From Macrostomum lignano (lineage: Eukaryota), in NCBI GenBank assembly GCA_002269645.1, contig NIVC01002989.1, forward strand, positions 1-64,000: a DNA stretch of 64,000 nucleotides, in the 5' to 3' direction. The notes beneath the pieces are model-generated. The model was not told where the DNA came from. It saw nothing but the letters and a program-made list of their open reading frames with translations, and did no database searches. The position numbers and the translations under genes are program-made. Shown here piece after piece: positions 38,194 through 48,684 of the stretch; the stretch's first letter is position 1, and each line of letters opens with the position of its first letter.

Positions 38194-39660
38194 TCACGCA
38201 GTTGGGGAATCGTTGAGCAGGTCATCCTCCTCCTTTTCAGTGGTGGGTGACCCGCAGACCTCCATGGGAGTTTCAGCGTCCTCAGCAGTTAGGGTGGCTG
38301 TGGAGTCCTCCGCGGACGTGAGCCCAGCGTGGACGTTACCGTCGCCTCCCCTGCGTGCTTCGGTGCTGTCACTGCCCGTCCCCTCTGCCTCGTCGGTCAG
38401 GTCGATGCGGGTGGCGCCAGCCTCCTGGTGAGTCACAGACTCGAACCAGTCGGTCGGAGCCTCCCCGCTTAGAGTCTGGCCTTCTGGCTGTTGGGGTGGA
38501 GCGCGAGAAGCGCGGGCCCGCTCACGATGCGCACGAAGGTTCTTGGCCTGGTCCAGCGCGCGCTGGATCAGGCCGGACCTCCGGGTGCTCCTGGCGGGTC
38601 TGCGATTGCGATTTCCGGTTTCAGCAGCGCGAACTGCCTTACCGGGCATAGGATCGGCCGTTTGCCTCGGCTTCTTTGCCGGAGGAGCCTGGGCCCCAGT
38701 TCCGGTTTCGGAAGCTTTGGCATTCTTGGCTTCATCAGCTTTCCGCTCCTCGCAACGGAGGATGGTCAGCTGAGTCAGACCAATATGAATTGTGGACTTA
38801 GGCGGCAAGCGCTTAGCCCAGTCATCAGAGAGCCCTAGGATCACCGTAGCCCCCTTCTCCTTGCGGGAAGTGGCGTGGTGTAGGAGCCCGTTGACCTCAA
38901 GGTCGGGGTGCAGCTTTAGCAATATTTGCCTAAGCTGATCTCCGGACTTAATGGCACTGCCGGCCGGGATCCAGACGCGAAAGCGCTGGGTCTTCTGTCG
39001 TTCGCCTTCGCTGGCGAAGACGAGCTTGCCGAGCTTCTTGGGCCAGTTCAGCTTTGGCAGAAGCTCGCGTAGATTGCGGCTGCTCTCCTCCGAGCTGCAC
39101 CAGATGAAGATGCAGCCGTCGGTCTTGGCAGACTTGACCACGCTCACAGGGCGGCCCGCCAGGAGCTGGTCGATGAGCGCAGCATCGATGGTGCGCCAGG
39201 CACTGTCGAGCTCGTCGGCCGTGAGGTCCTGCTCTTCCCCGAAGACGATGACCGCCGGTTGGAGCTTGACCTTTGAGGCGTAGTTGGTGGCGGCGGTTCC
39301 CGAAGGCCCGGCCGCGCTTGTAGCAGATATACTGGGTGGCTCACCAGCGGGGGTTGTATCCTGGGGGGCAGGGGTTGCTGTGGTTCCTTTCGGCCCAACA
39401 GCAGCCTCGCCCTCCCTAGGTTCCCCCTCCGCCGGTGGCCGGCCCGCAGTACCCCGTAGTCGCCGTCGCCGCTCGTTGCGGCGTTGGTTGCGGGTGCGTC
39501 GGGCTTCAGCGGAGGGCCCGGTTGCGCGTGCGGGCATGTCACCGGCCGAGCCGGCGGCAAGCCCATCTGCCCCCGGTGGGGCGGCGCTGGTGCCAGAGTC
39601 ACCGGCCGGAGTTGCCGGGGCCCCGGCTTCAGCGGGGTTGAAAGAGGCGGATGACGCCAT
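38194..39660 (-). CDS. LINE ORF1 protein (488 aa), DUF4780-like core, no zinc knuckle
   Basis: Intact ATG-TGA ORF; central GCIFIWCSSEES...NWP...RVWIP...KGATVILGL...IGLTQL pattern recalled from LOA-clade ORF1; basic disordered termini. Confidence 0.8.
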   Translation of the reverse strand: MASSASFNPAEAGAPATPAGDSGTSAAPPGADGLAAGSAGDMPARATGPSAEARRTRNQRRNERRRRLRGTAGRPPAEGEPREGEAAVGPKGTTATPAPQDTTPAGEPPSISATSAAGPSGTAATNYASKVKLQPAVIVFGEEQDLTADELDSAWRTIDAALIDQLLAGRPVSVVKSAKTDGCIFIWCSSEESSRNLRELLPKLNWPKKLGKLVFASEGERQKTQRFRVWIPAGSAIKSGDQLRQILLKLHPDLEVNGLLHHATSRKEKGATVILGLSDDWAKRLPPKSTIHIGLTQLTILRCEERKADEAKNAKASETGTGAQAPPAKKPRQTADPMPGKAVRAAETGNRNRRPARSTRRSGLIQRALDQAKNLRAHRERARASRAPPQQPEGQTLSGEAPTDWFESVTHQEAGATRIDLTDEAEGTGSDSTEARRGGDGNVHAGLTSAEDSTATLTAEDAETPMEVCGSPTTEKEEDDLLNDSPTA

Positions 39661-40284
39661 AGCTGAAAGCGGGAAGGAGTGAGCTGAGTCACAAAAAAAG
39701 AGGAAAGAAGAAAAAGAAAAGGACCGCTAGCGACCGGACAACCCCCGGCCTTCCAGCCCATCGGCACGGTCAAACACCTTAGGCATTAGGGGGTACGTTA
39801 AGCAGTACCACGGCCTGCAGGCTGGCAGGCCAGACCCGCATACCCAAATTTGGCCGAAGCCACTGGATGGGTCGCCAGCGTCGGAGCCCAGTCTGTCCAG
39901 CAGCCCTAGGGTCTGCCTTGAACACACGCGGGGACGAGTACCCTGGGTCGACTTGTGAAACAGCGTGAGGGGGGGGGGTCTGCGGCTGCCAGCGGCAAAT
40001 AGCGGGTGCAGACCTCCCTCTCCAGCCTTGACCTGCTGAAGATAGGGGCAGGCGTGAAGCATCGCAGACCGTAGCCCATAGGCCTGGTCTGTCTCATACT
40101 TCACTGGCGTGCTGAATACACCTTCGCGTGCCATCTTTTTAATTTACACGTGAACAAACAAATAGATTAAGGTTTAAAAAAACTTCTTTTTAATTTATTT
40201 TCAGCCATTCTACTTTATTACTACGGCACAGCGAATCGCTCGCTATTTTCGCCTGAAAATCTTACTCACATCATCACCTTTCGA

Positions 40285-41242
40285 ATGCGTTACGAAACTG
40301 AACTCGTGCTGAGTTTCGTTATTTCCATCTTGAAAAGCATCGGCTATCCCCTGGGCCTGCTGCTACAGACCCTGGCCGTTATCTACCTGGTTCGCGGAAA
40401 CCATGGCTACCCTCCATCAGCCCGCAGCTGGTTCCTCCTGGTGCTGGGAGCGGACATCGGCAGCACACTCTACCGACTGTACGACCTCATTACGGTGGAC
40501 TTTAACATTACAAACCCGTTCATTGAGAATGCGGGCGTGAAAGGCAATTTCGGCCAGCTCTTTATTGCCCTGATGTGGGGCCTGCGACGAAGGAGCGACG
40601 CTTTAATACAGGGAATCTTCTGCAAGGCATTCTTCATGGTCATGTACTTCCCTATTTATCTATCGCCCATCGCGCTCACGATCAACTCGCTGATTCGTTG
40701 CTACTGCGTCAAACATCCGCTAAGAGCGGCTCAAGTGCCAACCGTTTGCGCAGACAGAGCTCTCAAAGCCTTTGCCGTGGTCTTGTCGTTGACTATTGCG
40801 ATCATTGCGGGTATGCTGTCCGTGGATGGTTGGTTTAGCTTGCAGCCAGTCATTACCACCTTGGGAGAAACGGTTTTCTATGGCGATTGTGCCATACCGA
40901 GAATGCACGCGATTAATACAGATTTCAACCTTGTATTAGTCAGCTATTGGTTTACTCTGGCCATTGTATTAATTATCTGCGTGTTGAATATCCTGTCGGC
41001 TGTTATCATCATCAAAGTTCTGTTTAGTGGCGAGATTCGCGCCTCAACTAATGATTCGAATGCCGAGATCCGGGCCGCTGCGATGATCCTGGGCATGAAT
41101 ATTACACTCTTTGTTTGTTTCTTCGGTTCTCGAATAATGTTGCTGGTCAGCGGCATGATCGATAAGATCGATCACCCATTAGCATGTTAGTTACTATTTT
41201 TTATTGACTATTTTTATTGCTTGCAATCCCTTTGATCCATTG

Positions 41243-41305
<63 letters not shown>

Positions 41306-41592
41306 CATTAATCACTCAATCAATCCATCAGTTGAAATGATTTAACAAATTAACCATAATCATATAATTTGTTCTTCAATTCTTGACTTGCTCCGCAGAC
41401 GTTGTCCTCGAGCGCACGTCCGCCTATCTGTTCAACATTCCCTACTACACTAATGTACTGTTCATTGCCGGGTTCACAAAAAAGTTCTACAGATTCTTCA
41501 TGCCTTGCCTATCAAGGAGAGAAAGTACGATAACTACGACTGCTCCGGCAACCAGCATGAAAGTCCTGAGTAGAGAGCAAGATATGGGCTAA
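40285..41592 (+). CDS. Divergent class A-like 7TM receptor, 364 aa; exons 40285-41185 and 41399-41592
   Basis: Six hydrophobic segments in exon 1 and TM7 in exon 2; phase-1 intron GTTAGT...CCGCAG (213 bp) joins HPLA-Y-VVLERT; TM3 ends NSLIRCYCVKHPL (DRY..V.HPL equivalent). Confidence 0.85.
41226..41305. repeat. (ATCA)n microsatellite in the GPCR intron
   Basis: Direct inspection. Confidence 0.95.
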
Positions 41593-44500
41593 GCTTAACT
41601 TGAAGTTAAAGCTGATCGATGCTTCAGCTGGCAAGGCCCGACTGGTTCAATAACAATAATTCATGCACATATACACGTCATGCATGCGGAAAGCAAACAA
41701 GATCAGACAATTTACTTACTTTTTAACGGATGCAACTAGGTATAAACGCACGAGTACATGGACACTGAATTTACTTAATCGGCAAACACGCGTATCAGGA
41801 GCACTATTTTTTAGATCAATTGCAGCCGGATATATGACTGACTGACAGCCGGATATATGATATTAGTAGTAGATAGATATGAAACTTTTTTATATCGGGT
41901 ATTATATGTACACCCCGTAGAACTGAGGACTAGGTCTCTCAACCAAGATTGGCATACCGTAAAGCAATAAAAGCTTTAAAGCCATACGAGCGTAAAATAA
42001 TCAATTTCTAACGTGATGAGAGGGTGCAGAGTCTCATGAAAACCCTCATTGAACCCTTTCAAATCGATTTGAAATGAGATTATTTACTTGCAAGAATATT
42101 TATTTGCAAACATTCTCGAATGTCGAAAATTGATGTAGGAGCTATTGACAGTACAAATTATTAACGAACTTGTTGATTGAACATACCCGTATGGCACCGA
42201 TAAATGCGATGAAAAAGGTACACCCTATTTATACGATCGCATCAGACAGACGAGATGTCGCATGTCTGCTCGGCATGTTTCCTGGTTATTCTTATCGGTC
42301 TCAATACATTTGAAGAACATAAAGAAATTACACATGTCAAACTAAAATAAACAAAACTAACTATTAAACTATATTATTGAAAACTTAATTATGAAGGTAA
42401 AACTGTCTCAAAATGTACTAACAGGGATTTAAAGTGATAATGTACATACATTGGTATTTTCTGTTTCTGTGAGCGATCAGTCTCCAAGTAGCATGGTTCT
42501 ACTTCTTCTAAAATACGTGCGTATTTGTGCCCGTGTTGAATCGTTAAAACAATATTAGGCACAAATTTAAACTGGATTTTTTATTACTGTCCGATGCCGA
42601 TCGCTTCACAATCCCTCCATATGCGATTTGATGTGTAGCATAAGAGTTTATAGATTTTAAATTTTGAGCCCGTAGATCTAGCAATAGCATATACTAAGCA
42701 AGGACGACTTAAGTCGTCCTTGATACTAAGTAGTGTGCACAGGGGTATCGATTCGGCTTGGACTCAATGCTCATTAGCTGGAAGATAGTTAAACAGTAAA
42801 TGCTAGATCTAATCTATAGGGTCTATATAGGGAAAATATCTAGGGTCTATATAGGGAAAAGGGTCTAATCTATATTATAGGTTTTATTGAAAAGTTTAAA
42901 TAGGTCCACATGGTATTTGTAGATAGTTAATACTAATTGGCCTATGAGAGCTAGATAGCCTGTATTTAAGATAGATTTTATAAAGTACAATCATCTAGCC
43001 CTAGGCATTATTTTTAAGAATAGACAGAGTTCTACTAGGCTTTAGGCCTATAGCGTAACCAAATTTTTCCAATATCCATATCTATAGCATATATCTTAAA
43101 TTTTTTCTTATAGCCTATCGATCTATATCTATATCCATAGCTAATAAAAATTTTATAACTGTTATACAATCTTGAGACCTAGACCCTGATAGGCCCTAGT
43201 TACCTTAGAAAGTATCTTGACTGACTTAATTCACTATCTTATATTTTGGGCCTCTAACTTTTTATAGGCCTAAGATTTGTTTCAACACATAATGCAATCA
43301 ATTTTTTATGGGATTTATTGTTCTGGTACAGGTGTATCATGATCCTGACTATAGGCCTATGGTGCAAGAAATTTTAATGATAGGCCTAGTCATTTTAATA
43401 ACAAGCAAAAGTCATTGCAATAATAAGAAAAAGATCTTTTTGATAATAGCCATTATGGTTTCAAGTAGATCTTGCTAATCTTAAGTGATATGAAACCTAA
43501 AATATGTTTTATAAAATAATAAAATATTGTTTTATCTAGGCCTTGAATTTTATTTATTTACTATTATAGAGTTAAAATATTTTATTTTTTCACCAAAAGT
43601 TAAATGTGGCTGTCACCAAAATGACTAGTTAGGGCCTACCAAGTCATAAAAATTAGAGTACTCTTGTTCAAGTGCTTATTTGATCTTTTTTATCATTGCC
43701 AACATTGTTATATCAATAGTAATATCAATATTGCTATTAGAAAAAGAATGATAATTGCCTTAGGGGTTGTTTCTATTTATCAAAATCCTAAAGGCTATTA
43801 CTAAAATTGTGGCAAGGCTATTTCCTCTATTATGCTACCACAAAGCTATTATAATGGTTCCTAGTTTTTTTACAACTTATGTTTTTACTAGAATGTTTCA
43901 TATATATTTTTTGCCTGAGCCTGAGCAGTTTTTGGCACTATCTAATATATTCCTACATGTATATTTCTTTTTACTCTTAAAATGATTTCTCTTAGTCTTA
44001 GGCATTCCTAGGATCAGAGGGTCACAACTCTAGGTGACTTATACTGTTCTAAGGCAATTTAGATTGCTCTAAAGCAATGTACCTTAGACCATTGAGATAT
44101 AACTCATTTCTAAATGGTTCTTTTTTTCCATTATTGAGGTCTTTGAAAATAAATAGTCTTGAACTGCCAAAGCAAATTCAATTAATAGCTTTTTAAATTG
44201 GAAGTTGATAGTTAAAATGCTCACAAGCAAGTTGTTTCCTCTCTCAGTTTTTGGTTTCTATTTATACTAAATTTAAAGAACATGCATAACAAATTTTATA
44301 CATAGAATATTTTCTCAAATCACTATAGTTAAAAGTTAAGAGTAGGAATTCAAATATCGTATTTTAAAAAAAGTATTAAAGCTATAAATGTAAATATTAT
44401 ACAATTTTAAAGACAATATACTAAATTAAATGAGTAAAAGATACATAATCTCATAATTATTATAACAATAATTTAAATTAGTAAGGTCTTTTAAAGATTG

Positions 44501-44701
44501 AACCCAGCACCAAAAATTGTAATATGCATTAAATTAAAAAAAGGAAAAGAAGAACATTGAATAGTTAAATTCAAGGCAAAGCAACAAAATATTTAAATTA
44601 AAAATAAAGAAAGCTATATTGGAAAAAGGTTCTTGATATAACTATTTAATATTGCTCTAAAAAACTAGTAAATTCAAGGTAAATTAAAGAGATTATATAT
44701 A

Positions 44702-45300
44702 TCTCTAACTATAAAAATCAAAACTCTGTGTGTCTGTGTGTGTGTCTGTGTGTGGACAATTTTGATCGCTATGGACTCCCAAACCGCTCAACCAAATTAC
44801 ACCTAACTTTACACCCACCCTAAACTTACTACGGAGAATGTCTTAGGCTACCTTTAAATTTCCTAGACTCAAGTCTTCCTACCTAAAAGTACAAAAAACT
44901 GCTCAAAATGCGCGATTTTTTCACTTAATCCTCCATAGCGCCGCTCCACTTCTACCGATTCTCTTCAAATTTGACACAGATAATCTTAAACTATTTTGGC
45001 ACAATCATGTAAAATTTCGAGTCTCAAAGTCAGTCCTGAGCGGTGCTGTGCACTTTTAAAGTTAGGCCGTTTTTTAAAGCGTAGCAACCACCCCAACCTC
45101 CGTCCGCCTGCCTCTCTTTCCCGATCCCGATCTGGGCCCAGATGTGTAAAAGGGGTTTCAAAATTGAATAACTTTCAGCTGCCATAAGTTTGCTCCACGT
45201 AAAGCGATTGACTTCAAACTTGACACAATTCTTCATTGACTCATTCTCTATCTAAATGTAAAGTTTCAACTCTGTAACTCAACCGAAAAAGAAACTGTAA
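44702..45300 (+). mobile_element. Probable non-autonomous Helitron (Lep1-like 5' end); 3' end undefined
   Basis: A|TC 5' end, CTATAAAAA, a GT/GTCT microsatellite, then CAAACCGCTCAACCAAATTACAC: the layout of Lep1-type Helitrons; no clear CTRR terminus found. Confidence 0.45.
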
Positions 45301-45876
45301 GCATGTGAGCATGTGAAGTTTGTCTGCTTTTTCTGTTGTTTGTGCCGCTCACTCACTCATTCCCCCAGCCCAGACGAAGAGTCAGGCGATAGGGCTGAAT
45401 GTACATAGCAAATGTACAGTGTTTTGGAATAACTTTTTAATAGCCTTCTCTGTACCCCCGCGCGTGGAGAGGCTACGTTTAGCCATGACAGTTTAGTGAG
45501 AAATTCTAACCACTGTCGTCTGTATTGGAAAACTCTGCAGCAGTTTAACAGTGGATGGCAAATCGAGGGAATCCAGCATGGTTTGTAAAAGCGAAAGATT
45601 TATGAAAAGGCGATGCAAATGCAATGCAATACAAGTATACAACCCTACTAAATTAGTCACACCATGGAAATTTAAGGTTTCTCTTAAAGGTACTTTAAAA
45701 TTTAAATGGCCTCCTAAGAAATGCGCATTTCCTTTGTTGTTAGACTGATGCAGACTGCAGTGGAGCTAAAGATACACAAATTATTTTCAGGGCTTGCAAA
45801 TTGGCAAGAAAGATGACATGATCAAGGGATGAGAACAGCCATGAGAGTACTACGTCCCACAAACTGGCTTTCCAAG

Positions 45877-45923
45877 CAGGGATGGGCAGACTTTTACCTC
45901 AAAGGCCAGATAAAGAATCCAGC
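45877..45923 (+). mobile_element. Diverged solo end of the same hAT MITE family as 8628-9266
   Basis: CAGGGATGGGCAGACTTTTACCTCAAAGGCCAGATAAAGAATCCAGC aligns with the reverse complement of the 50-bp unit. Confidence 0.7.
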
Positions 45924-45934
45924 TTATGGCTGAG

Positions 45935-47100
45935 GGGCAGTTGAGAGTGGAGAGAAGAAGGAATAGACTATTCGAAAAGAGAGGAGAGGTGAGAGAGGGA
46001 ATAAGATAAAGATAAAAGATAATAGGAGAGATGAGGGAGTGAGAGGAGAGAGTAGAGAGGAGCGAGTAGAGAGGAGAGAGTAGAGTAGCGAGTGGAGAGA
46101 AGAGAGTAGAGGAGCGAGTAGAGAGGAGAGAGCAGAGAGCTGCAGATGAGAGGAGAGCAGAGAGAAGAGCAGAGAGGAGTTAGTAAAGAGGAGAAGGGAG
46201 AGATGAGAGAGTAAATGGAAGAGAGAAGAGATAAGGTTGTACAGATGAGAGAGGTGTAAGGAGAGATGAGAAATGAGAGATGAGAGATAAAGGAGGAGAG
46301 TGGAGAGAGAAGAGACGAGACAAGAGAGGGAGAGTATATAGAAGAGGGAAGAGAAGAGAATAGAAGAAAGGAGAAAGGAAAGTGAGGAGACAAAAGAGGT
46401 GAAAGAAAAGAGTACAGAGGACAGAATGAGAGAACACATAAGACAGTAAATATGACAGATGAAAGGGGGATGAGCTGAGAGCAGAGACGAAAATGAACAG
46501 ACGAGAGATGGGAGAGTAGATAGAACAGAAGAGAGATAAGAGAGAAGAGATTACAGAGACTAGAGGAGAGACAAAGGAAGAGAGAAGTGAGTGAGGCGAG
46601 AGGAGAGAAAAGAGGAAAATGGAGGGGAGAGAGTAGAGAGGAGAAAAAAGATGGGAGAGGAGAGATAAGAGAGAGTGGGGAAGCAGAGAGAGGGGGGAAG
46701 CAGAGAGAGGGGGGGAAGCAGAGAGAGAGAGGGGGGAAGCAGAGAGAGAGGAGGAAGCAGAGAGAGAGGGGGAAAGCAGAGAGAAATGAAAAGAGATAAA
46801 AGAGAAGAGAGAAGAGAAAGGAGAGATCAGAGAGCAAATAAAGACGAGAGAGAAGAGAGGTGAAGGAAAAGACGAGAGAAGAGTGGGAGGAGAGGAAAGA
46901 GAAAAGAAGAGAAAAGAGATGAGATAATAGAGATGAAAAAGAAGAAAAATGAGGTAAGATACAAGAAAAGAGGGGAGAGAGGAGAGAGGAAAAAGAGAAG
47001 AGAGGAGAGGAGAGAGAGCAGAGAGGAGAGATGAGGGATGAGAGAGAAGAGAGGAAACAGAAGAGAAGATAGAAGTTTCAAAGGATCCAAGGGACGTAGG
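45935..47100. repeat. Degenerate GA-rich polypurine tract
   Basis: Direct inspection. Confidence 0.9.
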
Positions 47101-48684
47101 GAGAGTCAGAGGCAGAGGCCAGAGTTTGCCAATACGAGCGTACATGTTTTAGAGTCAGACAGACATTAATTGCCTATTTAAAGTAAAAAGCACACCAGCT
47201 AACAATATCAATGTTTGCCTCGAATCCTAATTGTACGCGAATTTACTCCATTTTGTTTACCTCTATCCTACTAACTATTAACAAGTTTTTGTTTGAGTAT
47301 GGGCTCAGATTTCAGAATACATGCAAAAATAGTTCCGGGGATTGGAATTCCCCGGGTTCAAATTCCGCGGGTTTCAACAGCTTGTATATATATATATTTA
47401 TACATTGGCTAAGGATTTTAGATATTGCATGCATATCTTGAAATCCCTAGGTCCTAATAAAATTTAAATCTTAGTTCCAGAAAAATCAATCTTATCTAAG
47501 CTTTAGAAATTGAAAGTGAATATTTAGAATTAGAAAAATGAATTTAGACAACAAAATCATACAAACAAAATTGAATGATGATATTCAAAGATGAATAAAA
47601 AGTAATGATAATTTATTCAAATAGGAATCACTTTTTTATGTAGGCTCATTTGCATAGAACTCAGAAAGATACACAACAAGCCTTTTGTTTGGTAGCTTTT
47701 TTGTCATTGTTTTGGACTCCTTTGATTGCTTCTTTTAGCTTAAAAAAGTCCAAAGGAGCCAAAACAAGGCTATATAAAAGATGCTAGATGATTTCTTAGC
47801 ATATATATGGCTTCATGGTAGAGCTGAGAAATGTAGGCTGGAAGCTAAGCATTATCATGATAAAAGACAGTGTCATAATGTAGCAGTAGCTTGCCAGGTT
47901 GCTTTGTGGCCAATTTGGTATTGAGCCTTATATTTTTTACAAAAAGCAAAGTTTGCATCAAATATCAGATTTTTAAGTACCAACTTTCAAAATTTGTGTG
48001 TTATTTGCTAAAAATGTATGAGACTCTTATATATACAATGAGTTGAAATTCATTATTTAGCATTTCTTAGTCAATAGTATTGTAGGGCTACTTTTCTAAT
48101 TCCTATTATTGAATATTCTAAAGCTGCCACCAAAGTTATGACAGGGGCTAACTTCTGTCCCTACAAATAATTTCACAATGCCACCAAGTTGTACTAGGGG
48201 TATACTTCTTTCTATATTAAATGTCTTAATGTTGGTAGCTGCCACTAAGACTATTCTATTAATAAATTATGAGTTTATTAATCTTAGAATAAGTCTGAAA
48301 ATAAATCTGAGTATTTGTCTGGGTATTTATCTAAGCATTGGTCTGAGTATTTGGTCTATGAATTATTCCTAGAATACTATTTTGGCCCTTACAAGTATCA
48401 TTCTTCTGTTAAAAAAAGAGAAAAGTAAAAAATGATGTATTCGAGTAAACGGCAGGAGTAGCTATGACTGTATTATTAAGGTTAAATGCCTCGTAATCTA
48501 ATTAGTACTGTCTATATTTAGATGGGTACTTTTGCAGCTTACCTTGGCTTTTGTGAAAAAAGATTATTGTTGATTTGCGGCATGTCACAGTAATAGCAGA
48601 ATATAGAGACAACACGCAATGCTCTGAGATTTAAGTACATTGCATATTTGAACAAAACCAGCTGTTATCTGTGACCACACGCAG

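Larger units (their letters stand above)
34381..40131 (-). mobile_element. Full-length (5751 bp) non-LTR retrotransposon, LOA/R1-type with RNase H
   Basis: 14-bp TSD CATCTTTTTAATTT at 34367-34380 and 40132-40145; 5' UTR, ORF1, ORF2 (APE-RT-RNase H-CCHC); short TAAGTCAAGTAAGTC 3' tail. Confidence 0.95.

Noticed and set aside
34447-39773. Numerous alternative-frame and antisense ORFs within the LINE
   Set aside because: Expected shadows of GC-rich coding sequence
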